Part shown: piece after piece, positions 1 through 12,939 of the stretch
How positions within the stretch are numbered: the stretch's first letter is position 1
How the letters are laid out: every line of letters starts with the position of its first letter
Assembly (NCBI RefSeq): GCF_018977255.1
Contig: NW_024704742.1
Span: 60,080,001 to 60,144,000, forward strand
DNA: 64,000 bases
Reading direction: 5' to 3'
Origin: Callorhinchus milii
Taxonomy: Eukaryota
Made by a program: the position numbers and the translations under genes
The notes under the pieces: generated by a model
Seen by the model: only the letters and a program-made list of their open reading frames with translations
Told to the model about the DNA's origin: nothing
Database searches by the model: none

Positions 1-1460
1 AATAAGGCCCTATACCAGATGCAAGATTATCATTATTATAGATTCACCTCAATGTCACCAGGTACCTGAAGCCAATAATAATGCCCAAACAGTGAATTTC
101 CACACTTACCTTCATGCACAATTCATAGCAGTTTCTTAACTGGGTAGTGGCTTTCAGATATTTCTATGTGTATGGCATTTGAATGTCTCAACTCCACAAT
201 ACAGAAGCTAAATTACCAGAAACATATCATTCCTTTTTGTTACCTCTGTCTTCGGGTCAAATTTTGATTCATACTAAAGTGTCAAATAATACCAGTAAGG
301 TTCCAATTTATTGTGCCAGTTTTAAACTTTAATGGATTCTTAAAATGTCAAAGCCACAAAAGGGATTCTTTTAAAAAAAGTCTGACATGCATCTAACTTG
401 TTTCATTTCACTGTCATTTTGTAGTGAATCCAGTGATTATGGAGGCATTTTTTATTATTATTCAGGTGACACTTCTTCCTAATTATCTGCCTGCCATGCA
501 ATGTCATATAATACATTACTTTGCTGTCTTAATGTTGCTTCATTCATTAATGACCTATCCTCTGCATTGTACTTCATTTCCATTCTTTCAGCCTGTCACA
601 GTAGATTTGTTTGTTAATTGCAGCTAAGTACTTTGTTTCAGGGTTTTGTTTTGCTCAACATACACATACTCTCAGATGACGGCTTCATTGAAAGCTTCAA
701 AGACAATCCTTCGTGTTTTATGTGTCGAAAATAATCCACTGATAGTGGCAACTAAAGTAACCACTGTGCCTTCTTCCTTGTTGTTGCATAAACACTGCAG
801 TGGTTTGTTTATTGCTGCAGCAGCATTCCGATTCCAGCTCTTGAGTCTGAGTGACAGCCACTACTGATGATTATTGTCAAATAAAACGACAAATGTCATA
901 CGATACTGCTGCTTAAACCCAATCCTAAAATAAAGATTGTGGCACAAGCTTCAATGCAGAATTTTGCTGCAATTTATCAACGGAACCATTTTATAAGAGG
1001 GCCCATAAGAGCATGTGAAACAGAGTGAAGTGACTTTGACAAGTATTTTCTACTATAGGATTTGCTGATGCTTACACCTGAACAGCTATACTTTCTATAA
1101 AACACTCCTCAGGAATTATTTGAATTTTTATTGTCCACAAAACACAGAAGACACATATGTGTGAACTCAACCTCTAAAATGTTATGTTTTTCTTTAAACA
1201 TGACTTTGCATGACTTTTGATAGAAACTGAAAACATGGCTTTACATAGTTTACATTTACAGATGAACAGGCATATAGAAATCATATTAGTATAGGTACAA
1301 TCCAGTATGTATTGTCTCCCTGGTTCCTGGTTCTGAAAACAAGACTGATAGTGTTATTTCCAAACTAAATAATTTTGATGGCTCTTATAGATGAGATTTC
1401 CACTATAACGTTGATAAAATTCAGTCTTGATACTGAAAAGTAAGGTATTATTGGCAATAT

Positions 1461-1852
1461 ATAATAATAATAATCCTCACATTTGAAGGAGAGCTTTATT
1501 GACTTGTTCCAAAGTCCTTCACAGCATTTTTATTGTGGATTGTAGTGACCCTGTATTGGTAAGTGAATGTGGTGGCCAATTCACACACAATAATGTCCCA
1601 CAAACAGAATATTGGTAGCCAAGACACCAGGTATCAATACTCCAGGAGCAACACCCTTCTCTTTTGAAATAATGCAGGATCTTTAATGATCACCTGATAA
1701 AGCAGCATCTTGATTAATAGCTCAATCTGAAAGATGATCCTGTAAAGCTCCTCCAGGGCTGCATTGGACTGTCAGTGTGGACTATGAACTCAATATCTCA
1801 AAGTGGGGCTTGACTTTGGGGTGAGAGTACTACCAACTGAGCCAGGTTGACA
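1461..1852 (-). mobile_element. Old Deu-domain SINE (SacSINE1/AmnSINE1-like), near full length, diverged
   Basis: Minus strand reads TGTCAACCTGGCTCAGTTGGTAGTACTCTCACC (tRNA-like A box), then Deu-like TTTGTGGGACATTATTGTG, ending in a (TTA)n tail at ~1461. Confidence 0.7.
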
Positions 1853-2180
1853 CCCTGGTCTGTAACCACATTATGTGTTTCACTCAGTCAAAGATATTTT
1901 ATCAGTGAGATCTCTGTGCCTTTTATTAATCTGTTGGAATAAGAGCCATCTTGTAGTCAGGCATATGAGTTGCAGGATAAAAAATTAAGTGGAAATAAAC
2001 AAGCAACGAAAATTATACTAGATGTTTTTAATTTTAGTGGAATTCTTTAGGAATAAGCGAGTTCCATTGTACATTGAACACTCATTCAATTCTGTTTATT
2101 TTTCATAGACCTTTGCCTTATCTAGCACACTCAACAGCTGCAGTAATATTTAAAACCCAAAACGTGAATCCATTCTAACA

Positions 2181-2610
2181 GATCATAGAATCATAGAATG
2201 TTATATACAGCACAGAAGGAGGCCACTTGGCCCATCTTGTCTGTGCCAGTTGTTTGAAAGGGCTAACCAATCAGTCCCACTTCCCCGTTCTTTCCCCATA
2301 TCTTTGCAAATGTTTCCTCTTCCAAGTACCTATCCAATTCCCTTTTGAAAATTGTTATTCAATTTGTTTACACTACCCTTTTGAGCAGTGCATTCCAGAC
2401 TGCAACAACACTCTGTGTAAAAAAAAATTCTCCTCATCTCCCTTCTGGTTCTTTTGCCAAATATCTTGAATCTATGTCCTCTAGTTACCAACCCACCTGC
2501 CAGTGGAAACAGTTTCTCCATATCTACTCTATCAAAGCCCCTCATATGTTTTGAACACCTCTTTTAAATCCCCCTTTAACCTTCTCTGCTCTAAGGAGAA
2601 CAATCCCAGG
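2181..2610 (-). mobile_element. CR1 LINE 3' end (ORF2 C-terminus and 3' UTR)
   Basis: Minus ORFs give LGLFSLEQRRLKGDLKEVFK and RGFDRVDMEKLFPLAGGLVTRGHRFKI, typical of the CR1 ORF2 C-terminus; terminal (ATTCTATG)2 repeat at 2184-2199. Confidence 0.9.
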
Positions 2611-3499
2611 TAAAGCTGTAATTTCATCAATGTAATACCCATCTCTGCTTTATGGGTGTTAAAACAATATAATGTATCATGCACATCAATAAATAACATC
2701 ATAGGTGATGTTTTATAACAAAACATGTCACTTCATATTTGGTGTCCTGTAAAAGAATGGAGAGAGACATTCAAAAACAGTTGTTTCAGAAACCCATCCA
2801 AGCTTTGCCATCCAATCAAAAGGACAATCATCTCTTCTTCTGATCCATCCTCTACCCCCTCTATTGCGGGCATAATGTTTATTACCTCCTAACTACAAAG
2901 TATTTTGTGCTAAAAATAGAATTGCACTTCTTAACTTGAAGAGACTGTAGGGTACCTCTTTCTAATGTCTTCCAATGCAGGATTGATTGAATGTTTTCAA
3001 GGAATGTAGATAGCTGAGAAGCAAGAGTGTAATGCAACATGGAGAAAGGTTGAGGGAATGGGATTAAAGAGCTGGCACAAATCTATTAAAAAGAAGTCAG
3101 AACAGTAAAATCCTACATTTTGCTCTGGTGTGCTTCAACCAATTATTGCAAAAATCATATAAAAATGATGGAAATTGACTTGTCTTCCATTTAAAGATTT
3201 GTACAAAATTTCTCCCATTCATTCTGATGGTGTGCCTAAGATTAAAAGAATTGTATGGGGAATCACAGAGAAAAGCAAGCTTCCAATAATCAATCAATTA
3301 TGTTTTCAGTATAGAGTTCCAGGAGAGAAGCTCACACTAACATAGGCTCGAAGGCCTGGATGGACATCTTTAATTATTATAGTTTTATGATCTCTGACAA
3401 AGCATCTTGGTATCCTCATACCTTGAATGTGAAGAAGCTATAGACTGCCTTTTAAACAAACTCTTTACTTAACAGTACTTGTAATACCCTTTTCTCCAG

Positions 3500-3534
3500 G
3501 CCCTCTCCAACAATGTTTGGTGTTATATGCACAG
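3500..3534 (+). other. Candidate 35-nt exon of an unidentified host transcript
   Basis: Branch-like tacttaac, pyrimidine tract cccttttctccAG, and a perfect CAG|GTAAGT donor; open in all three frames; no homology recognised. Confidence 0.3.
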
Positions 3535-5736
3535 GTAAGTACTCAGACTATGCGCTGTAATGGATCCACACTCTAAGTCAATATTTAAGTTAGCTCTCTC
3601 AGCCCAATTCACCTTGTCGCATTATCAATATGGAAAATTGGTGATTCAAATCAGGATATCTGTACTCTGGTACCACTGGGACTTTGTTACTGTATGCTGC
3701 CCATAATACATTATTCAGGTAAAACATCAGAATCTTGAACTGGTTTTATTGCAATAAAACATGAGAATCTTGAATTGGATTCAGGCTGGCTACTTACTCT
3801 TATATTTATGTGCATAGGATTTCTTGTATTGTGTGAAGCATACATTTGTCATGACAGTTTCTCTCTAGATTCTACCGATTTTCAATGGTCTTAACAATGA
3901 GTAACCATTAGGTAATTTGAAGTGTAGGACGAAAACCGGAGATAATAATGTAACAACAGCACATTGATAAGAAACCAGGCATCCTCCAACATCTTATATT
4001 CACCCAGTAACCAATAAAGAAAAGAAGGTCTTACATACAATTTACATTAACATAGTGTATTTCACATCAGGAGGACATCTCAAAGTGGCTGGGCACTTGA
4101 ACATAACATGATGACCTCAATAATATGTCAAAATGGGAAAGAACTTCACATTATTGTTACATGCGGAAACCAGGCCAATTGTACACATGTTCACACAAAC
4201 TGTCATCCTTTGGGTAAAGAAAAGTTGCATTGAATATCAAACAAGACTACCAAAGGCATCCATCCACCAATCTGCTTTGGACATAAAGCCTGTATGTCAG
4301 CTTATCCAAGCGATTTCTGTCAACTACAAATGTGTTGTCAACCTGAAGTTTATGACCGACAGAAATCAAAGGCCGCTGAAGCATTTGGAACAGGAGGTTT
4401 GGAACCAAATAAATTTCACTCAACGGCACCAAATGCAGAAGAAAAAAGGCTGAATGAAGGCAGATCAGAGACTTGACATTGCTTATGGTTTTTGCCTGCA
4501 AACTGTTTTTTTTTCAAAATGTAAGACCATGTTGAATTTAGAAGCTGGTTTTCTGCAGCATTTTGTAAGAAGCTTTTAAAATTAAATTAAGCTGATAATC
4601 CAGGAACTGTCACTGAAATGTTGGGATCTGCAATTCAGCACATTCAAAGAAGACATCAGACAGCTCAGTAGTTCATCTTTTGGACTTTGATAGAATGAAG
4701 TTGTTAATCCGTGTTTCCCAGGGTGGTTATCAACTGGAAAAATATCCAGGTACGGAATGTCTTGCAATGTGATAAATATCACCTATAATATTATACCATT
4801 ATCACTGAAATTACTGTGTCCTTTCTTAAGATTTGATGAATTTTGTCATAGGTAACCAATCCTTTTTGGTTATTGGTTGCTCATTATAAAATGAAGGGCA
4901 TCTATAATTCCTTTTGTACGCATGGTGCATAATATGTCTACACATGGATTATCACCTGGTATGTTCAATTATTATCTTTTTGTCTTCCTCAATAGGTCTA
5001 CTCACACTGTCCGGTCTTAAAACTGGGTAGACTGAGCCTGGCGTCCAGAACATATATCCCTCTATTTTATATACTGGTGAATGAGAACTGCCTCAATATG
5101 CAACCTACCCATGTGCCTTTTCATATGCAGCAATAAATCTACACATGAACTCAATGTGAGAACATCATAGAGAAACCTCTATGTGGAAGTACCTCTTGTT
5201 ATGAGGCATAATCAGATATATACTTTAGAAATGTTCTTGGGTTGTTGCTTTCTGACTTTCTGACTGAATGCCATCAGCACCTAATCTGTCATGTGTATCT
5301 ATATTTTTCTTTCTCCTGTTCTTGCTGTTCAGGGAGACCTTCTCAAGAACTCCATCTCCAAAGTGTCTATCTTACAAATGGGTGTTAAACGTCCCATGAC
5401 ACTATTTATAAAGCAAAAGGATTTTTTCTCCTCTGGCGTCCTGGCCAATAATCATCAGAGTCTTCACCTCACAACACTTTGTGGGTCCTTGCTGGCAAAA
5501 GAAAATCACTGCTCCATTTGTCTCAAGAAATAAACACTAGAATTTAACAGTAATTACATGTCTTACAATTTGAAACATTTTGACATAAGTTGCATTACAA
5601 ATTTGTTAATTTGTCTTTTCCTTCTTCCTTTGCATGGGCTGTAAAACTCCCTGTAATACTGTCCTGATGAGTTGAATAGTGAATTAATAATCTTCAGAAT
5701 GAACTTGTGTGAATAGTTTTATTGATTTTTTTCCTG

Positions 5737-5831
5737 TAATAATAATCTTTGCATTTGATATAGCGCTTTTCACATCTTCGAGACGTCTCAAAGCGCTTCA
5801 CAGAATATACTGTAAACTGAATTGACTGCAT
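5737..5831 (-). mobile_element. Deu-SINE 3' fragment
   Basis: taataataatctttgcatttgatatagcgcttttcacatcttcgagacgtctcaaagcgcttcacagaatatactgtaaa is the reverse complement of the SINE tail seen at 47240-47335. Confidence 0.85.
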
Positions 5832-5849
5832 CTGAAGTACTGATGAATG

Positions 5850-6038
5850 GATTTTCTCCATGTGTTCTGGCCAACTTAAATTGGTCATTCACATCATGGT
5901 TGTTTGTGGGACATTGCTGTGTGCATAGTAACTGCTGCATTAGCCCATCAATACACACCACTTTACAGTATATCCTGTGAAGTACTTTTAGACATCTCAA
6001 TGATATGATAAGGAGCTATATGAAATACAGGATAATAA
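5850..6038 (+). mobile_element. Deu-SINE 3' half
   Basis: tgtttgtgggacattgctgtgtgc Deu core followed by the tail gtgaagtactttta...gctatatgaaatacaggataataa. Confidence 0.75.
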
Positions 6039-6423
6039 AAATACCCATACCCCTCTATTCCATTCTCCCATGCTCTCTCCTCCCTCAACATACTTACAGG
6101 TTGTGACTTTGGGAGAGATGTCAGGTTTATCATCAGCAGAGAATTTCCCCTTCAAAGGGAGGAAGCCATAAATTGCTGCACATGCTATCTAACAATAATA
6201 TAACAATTGATAGAAATGGGTTTAAAATAGCAACATTAGTTTTGAAGAAAGACAGAAACTTAAAATATAGACTTCAATGGATAAAGATTCCATTCAGCAT
6301 CACATTTAAGTGCCTCCCACAAAAGGTCGACATTGCCAAAGGCAACACAGCTGAAAAAAGTGCTGAACAGAATTTCTACCCCCAAAAGTCTGGAAAAACC
6401 AAAAATACAAAGATTTCCCTGAT

Positions 6424-6521
6424 GTACAGTCAATTCACTTTGCAATATATTCTGTGAAGCATTTTGAGATGACACAACAACATGATAAGGCGCTATATCA
6501 AATGCAAGGATTATTATTATG
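6424..6521 (+). mobile_element. Deu-SINE tail fragment
   Basis: tacagtcaattcactttgc...aaggcgctatatcaaatgcaaggattattattat. Confidence 0.8.
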
Positions 6522-7590
6522 ATGCAATCTTTACTACGGATTTTAAACTATCATATTTATCACAAGTCTCTAATTGAAGGAAATGGAATGAACACCTTCC
6601 CCCTCCATTTTTTAAATACCTTGTAGTTGAGCCTAAAGAGACTTGCAGCAGCCGTTGAGCTGGATTTTGAACCTCACATCCAGGTACATCTTGGGGGTAT
6701 CAGCATTTCAGAGTCAGTTTACAAAATATCTTATTAACTTAATGTAACATGTTGGTTTTCACCCTGATATGTCCGATATACTACTGAAACATTATCAATG
6801 CTACGCACGTTGCATATAAATGATGTTGGAGCTTTTTGTTGTCATCTGAAGAGGCGATCTAAGCCATTTACATGGGAAATATAGGCTATTTATACAACTT
6901 CAGACACAAACGAAAAAAAAGAAATAAACAAATAAATACACTTTGATCACCAAAACAATTTGTCCTGCTCTCTAGTGTCAGCCACAAAACAGTATGATTT
7001 AGTGACAAAAAGACAGCTAACAATCGGCATAATAATTAATCACTTACCAAAATCGTTTGCCTTGAAACTTGTTTTTTTTCTTGTGAGGATGAAACTCAAA
7101 TTGAATTAGATTTGGGCTAGGATTAATAGATATTGTTTTGTGTCTGGTTTCACTTTGAAATATACTTGGAGAATGGTGATTTTTGTTTGAGCACATTCCA
7201 GCAGCCTGTTCTAAATCTCTAATCAAAATTCTGAAAAATGAAATAATATAATAATCATCCTTGCATTTTATATATGCTTTGTCACGTTGTTGAGATATCT
7301 CAAAGGACTTTACTGAATATATATTATTATTTTTAATCGAACAGGTTTTATTTCCATTCAATTAATCAACTCACCATTTATTAAACCAAGTTATGCTCTG
7401 CAGAGTTTAGGGGGAATTTTGGACAAGTAAAATTAACAGGATACCAGCACTAATTTTTTTATGGTGCTCTTTTGATTTTTAAAAAAAACAGAATTTTTGA
7501 GAAATGCAACTTTATTCTGAGGGTAAATTAATGGTGTTCATATCACATAGAATGTATTATAAAACACTGTTAATTTCACCCCTATATTTA

Positions 7591-8043
7591 TAATAATAAT
7601 AATGATTTGTGCATTTAATATTGCACCTTTCAAGTCAGGAACATATGTTTACCCTGCCTTTAAAAAACATTTCAAGACTAAACTATATAAAAGCAAGTTG
7701 CTGTACTTTGTAGGTGAACACAATAACCAATTTGCACACACCAGTATCTCACAAACAGCCATGAAGTGAATGAACACTTTTATCAGCAGGAATGTTGCCC
7801 AAGATACCAGAAGAAATCCTCTTCTCTTTTTAAATATGCCACAGGATCTTTAACCTGAACAGGCTGACAGGACCCAATTTTTACATCTAATTTGAAGGAT
7901 GGCTTCTCCAAAAAAAATTGCAACTGGAGCAAAAAGTTTGAGGGTTAACCTAGACTTTGTGAGTTTCAAGTCCTGACATAGGGCTTGAACCCACAATCCT
8001 CTGACTCAGAGGCAAGAGTACTACCAACTGAGCCAGGTTGACA
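7591..8043 (-). mobile_element. Old Deu-domain SINE (SacSINE1-like)
   Basis: Minus-strand head GTCAACCTGGCTCAGTTGGTAGTACTCTTGCCTCTGAGTCAGAGGATTGTGGGTTCAAGCCC (A and B boxes), diverged Deu core, (TTA)n tail. Confidence 0.75.
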
Positions 8044-10157
8044 TAAGATTAAAGTTGTTTCACCAGGTTAAAAATCTTGGAGGTATTTTCTAAGCTGTAT
8101 CTTGAAAAAGGTGAATGACAAGATACAATGTGGTGGATAGCTTTCCAAAGGAAACTAAATACATATCTAAAATGGAAGGGTGTTATTCTCTTGGTTCTGT
8201 AAAGTAATTTATTGGTTTTTGTGTCATTTGTTCTGTTTTTGAAGTTAAAGGTGATTTAAGATTCAATTTACAGAAAAAAAATCCCAAAATGTATCATTTG
8301 AGACATATTTGTCAAATGAAGGAATTGTGAAATCCCAAAAGAATAATCCACAATAATATAATAATCCACAATTGATTGTAGTGTTTTGACCACAAAATAC
8401 ACTCAATTTACCTTAAATTATATTCTATGAAGCACTTTGAGAGGTCTCAACAATGTGATGAAACCTATATCAAATCAAGGATTATTATTATTATTTGATA
8501 TAAACGTTTAACGAATACTTTTTCTTCAATCACCTGCATGGTTTTAAACCCTCTCTCCTGGAAAAATAATATACCTCAATCCAGGCACTGCCAAGTACAG
8601 TAACAGACATCATAAAGGCTGCACATTGCACATGCCAGGTGTTTTTTCTTGATGCAGGTCCCTGCATTACATATTGTGATACTCTTCTGGGAAACTCAGC
8701 TCCTTTATTAGAAGCAACATTGCAACAATTTATAAATAATTTAACAAATCTAGCTAAATTTGATAATGAAGGACAGAATTTAAGAGAAAGGATTCATTTT
8801 AGCCACTGATAAAGATACAAAATTTGATTGAGAATAAAATTCATACGTTTCTTTTTGACAAGCTGCAGCCACCTAACAAGCTCACAGAAGTCCTGCTTGC
8901 TCAGATTGTTTATTATCTGTGTATGAAACAGCAATTGTGGTCTGCGTGTTACCTGCAATAAGAATGCAATTGAATGACGTTTTCCTTCTTTTTATGAAAT
9001 GCTAATCATTTTGTTTTGTTCAATGAACGCAGTTTTTAAACGTGCGGATGATTCAAAACATTTACATAATTTAAATATAGATGTAATGCAAAGACCAAAC
9101 AGTCACACTTTTGTGTTGACCTCACTCCTCATTAAATCTTCGCAGACTGTAGGACATTTATTGCCTTCTGGCTAGGAAACATCATTACCATTGCATAATT
9201 TTTCTCTTAATATTATACCCTGCAAAAATTATAATACTGAACACCGTAGAAGTGCTTTAATGAGAGCACCCTTGTGCAACCAGAGTGTTCCCTTGTCAAC
9301 TGCTGCTTTTAGGCAACCTCTCCAAGATGGATGGGGAACGAATCAATCCCTGAACAATGTTCCTTTTAAACAAATGTTCCTATTAACAACTGTCCATCAA
9401 CCAACATGCGGAGAACAAAGCAAAAAAATTTTAGCCTCTGCAGCATATATCTATATGAAATGGAATCTCCCAGCACCTATCTTGTTTTAAAATGCGGTGC
9501 AAATAATCAAGTGCAAGAATTAATGTTTTATTCACCAATTATTGTTAAAATGTATTACGCAGATAAAATTGATGACTCCCTGCATTGCTGTGAACAAATT
9601 GGTTGCTGCATTTCTCACACCACTTTACAGTATATCATGTGCAGCGCTTTGAGGCGTCTTGAGGTGGCAATAAACACTCAATTACATGCAAGGATTATTA
9701 TTTATTATTCCTCTATTGATGCATTTTGCAGATTAATATTTGGTAGGTAGGATTGTCAAGGGATATGGTGAAAGGACATGGACATGGTATTAAGTTGCAG
9801 ATTACTCATGATATGATAAAATAGTGTAGCAATTCGACAATCTACTCCTTTTCCTATCTATTTACATTCTTATATCTTCAGTATTAAAAAAAAAGTTTGT
9901 TAAGTCTTGGGCACGTACATTTAATCAGTACATGAGCTATCTATTGCTTCATATGCCGCAGATAAACATAAGTTGCTGTTTGACTAACTGCCTGCTATGT
10001 GAAATGTGTTAGAAGATTTCTTTTTTAAAAAGCCCTAATTGAAAAATTCAAAATTATGTTCACATCACTCACAAAAGTAATGAAGCTTCTGGACCCAAAA
10101 ATCCTGAAAATGATCAAGATCAACCAAATACAAGCAGAACAATGAGCAATTGCACCA

Positions 10158-10640
10158 ATTTTTGGGGGGATTGTCCGGCTCTCTGACATCTGCGAAACCC
10201 ACCACTGTGCTTCAGATTATGCAAACCAGACTGAAAGTTCAACCTATGTATGCCATCTGTACATGAACATTTCCCTGTGTCTGGAATGGAATAAGTGCTC
10301 TCTCCCTGAGGGGATACACTCTGCTTATCTAATTCCAGAGAGTTTTAGGTGTAGGTGAGCAGGGAGAAGTGCTTGGAGACCCCAGAGTGTGTGTTGTGGT
10401 CCAGCTGGAGTTTGACCAACCTAAACTAAATTATACAGCTTGTCATTGGAAGCATGGTCTGGCAAGCTTACAGCTGTTTGTCTAGTGAGGACCACCTTAC
10501 CTGTTAGTGTTAACTGATCCTGAGTGGGAAGAATCCCTGCATTCCAATTCCTGCCAATGAGCCAGGCTGGCTGGTCTGTTATCAGCAGTGCCCTGGAGGG
10601 ACTGCAGATCTGCCTTCCTCAGAAACCACACTACAGAAAC
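10158..10640 (+). repeat. Unclassified ~500-bp interspersed repeat, copy 1
   Basis: Shares ccctgtgtctggaatggaata...ctctccctga...ctgcttatctaattc and gtgccctggag..ctgcaga..tgcct blocks with 25312-25590, 35950-36450 and 45463-45935. Confidence 0.7.
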
Positions 10641-10949
10641 ATATGAGAATCATTCAGGGAAAAGTCTTGTCGTGTTGCACAGCTAATTCAGTGCATGCAA
10701 AAGCAAATATCGAACTCCAGGTCAGCCCTAATGTTAGTAAGCTTACTGAATGAAACAGACAATTCTGAGCTATCACCACAGTGGTGGGGATGTGATTAGT
10801 TCAGAGATTTCTACCTATGAGAGTTGGTGTACTACCCATTGGTGGCTTATTGCAGTAGAAGAGCACTGGGAGCACAGATGGCACAGGAGGCAAATTAGTT
10901 ACAGGAGTCACTACCCCAGGCAATTTAGAGTCTGGACATGAATTCACTC

Positions 10950-11300
10950 GTCTAAACTGATACTAATGCAGTGCTGGGGTGTGTTGTATTGTCAGAGTTG
11001 CCGCCCTTCGGATGAGTTTCTAAACCGAGTTCCCATCTGCCTGTTCAGATGAGCATTAAAAATCCAATAGCACTATTCAAAAAATAGAAAGGAGTTTCTC
11101 CCGGTGTCCTCGCCAATAAATGCCCCAAATAAAATGTGTCACTCAATCCATGGCTCTTTGTGAGACACTGCTTTCCACAACTGGCTGCTATGTTTGCTCA
11201 CAAAATACACACTCAAACAACTGTACAGTATATCTGTGAAGGTTTTTGAGATGTCTCGAAGAAGTAATAAGGAGCTATATCAAATGCAAGGCTTATTATT
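10950..11300 (+). mobile_element. Old Deu-domain SINE, 5'-truncated
   Basis: ttcggatgag...ccatctgcctgttcagatg...gtttctcccggtgtcctcgccaa...tail gctatatcaaatgcaaggcttattatt. Confidence 0.8.
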
Positions 11301-11455
11301 AGTAGTCAGCTTCCTCGGCATGTCAGAGGAGTAGGGCAAAATGAGGCTAAGAGGCTAAGGCTCAACAGGGAGGCTTAGTTTCATTGACAGCAGCTACAGA
11401 TTTACTGGAAACATTGAGGCAAAAAGAACAATACTCCTTAACCTGTTCCTTTGTG

Positions 11456-11761
11456 CAGTCCTGTAGCTCAGTGGTTAGAGCACTCGCTTTGCAAGCAAGA
11501 GACCTGAGTTCAATTCCAGGCAGAGCGAAACCTTGGGCAAGTTTCCTTACTCCACACGCCTAATAATAATCCCTCCAAAATGAAAAACAATAATAAATTG
11601 GTCATTTTCAATCTACGACTGTTTGTGGGACATTGCTGTGCGCAATTGGCTGCCGCGTTCGCCCACAAATATACAGTCAATTCACTTTACAGTGTGTTCT
11701 GTGAAGCACTTTGGGACATCCTCCCGATGTGAAAAGCGCTATATCAAATGCAAGGATTTAT
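11456..11761 (+). mobile_element. Young tRNA-headed Deu-SINE, short (internally deleted) subfamily, full length
   Basis: A box TAGCTCAGTGG, B box GAGTTCAATTCC, Deu core gtttgtgggacattgctgtgcgcaattggctgccgcgttcgcc, L2-like tail; possible TSD tttgtg. Confidence 0.92.
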
Positions 11762-12390
11762 TTTGTGTTATTTAGCACAAGGAATCGGTAAACTAATAAC
11801 GCAAACTTCCTCCCAATTTCCTTAACTATCTTGATGCCTGCTTAATGAAGTCTTACCTTAATTAACCACTTGCTGGTGACAATAAAAGAAAACTGGTCTA
11901 ATAATGTCAGGTTTCTGTATATTTTAATGGCAAGAATCTGGCTTCGGGGAATGAGAAACTGGGAGCAACACTTTGAGTTCAGGTAAGACCTTCATTTGCA
12001 ACTGAGGAACAAGGAAAATATTCATTAACCCGTTCCTAGTGCTATTTAAGGTATGGAGTGGGTTAAGAAAATTCACACATTTTGCTCCATTCAGAGAATG
12101 ATCAATAGCCATACCCAGTCCCTTTTCCCTTTCCGCGTCTGCTTCTGTACATATTTTGCTCTAGTGCACGTTTGCTGATTCCATGAGCAGTGGGCACCAC
12201 AGGACTGTTTTATAAATAGGTACTGCTACAGCCTTACAGTTCTATTTCAAGTGATCCATTCTGGGTTGTATTTTAGATTGGGTTGGCCATTATGTGGCTC
12301 AGAATTAGGTCATGCTTTTTCCCTTGGGTTGGGAACTTGTAAACGGTTTGCGGTCACATCCCACCAACCACAAGTCACCCAAAATCTTAC

Positions 12391-12582
12391 ATAATAATAA
12401 TAATTATTAATAACAACAATAATAATCTTTGCATTTGATATAGCTCATTATTGCTTCATTGAAAGTCTCAAAGCGATCAGAAGATTTAGTGTAAAATGAT
12501 GTGATTGTGCATATTTTGCAGGCGAAACACGGCAGCTAATTTTGTAATATCGGGAACTATACTACATGGAATGAGTGACCAA
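12391..12582 (-). mobile_element. Deu-SINE 3' fragment, diverged
   Basis: aataatctttgcatttgatatagctc...ggcgaaacacggcagctaat matches the reverse-complemented SINE tail and Deu core. Confidence 0.7.
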
Positions 12583-12589
12583 TCTACAA

Positions 12590-12850
12590 TGTGCATATAT
12601 CTACATTAAATGTCATCAGCCAATCCTAGGTGGCATCTATCAACTTACAGATCTTATCCTCCTTATTAATGTCCACCTGTCCACTTAGCTTTGGTATCAT
12701 CAAGCAATATTATAATTTTACAAGCAGTGCTCTACTACAGGACATTTTTGAATAGTTTGAAAAGCAGGGCACCCAAACCAGTTGCCCACAGAACTCAGCT
12801 GAGCACTGCTTCCATTTGTCACAGGCTTTTCCCTATTTCAAAATAATTTT
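12590..12850 (-). mobile_element. Highly decayed CR1-type RT fragment
   Basis: Minus strand contains decayed versions of the 'LGPLLF' and 'DDTKL' coding motifs (cttgatgataccaaagctaag); very diverged. Confidence 0.4.
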
Positions 12851-12939
12851 TTGTTCAATCAGAATGTGTTATTTATTTCATTAGCATGAGCTTTTTTTGA
12901 ATAAAATCCTCAAATTTTAAATACCATATGATACAATTT

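Noticed and set aside
4133..4453. 106-aa ORF as a host gene (likewise 40211-40465 and 9191-9750)
   Set aside because: No recognisable domain or convincing splice context; ORFs of this length arise by chance, and some overlap SINE sequence.
11456..11530. tRNA-Ala/Val gene (also 46956-47020 and 26550-26475)
   Set aside because: No proper acceptor stem or terminator; each head runs straight into a SINE body repeated across the window.
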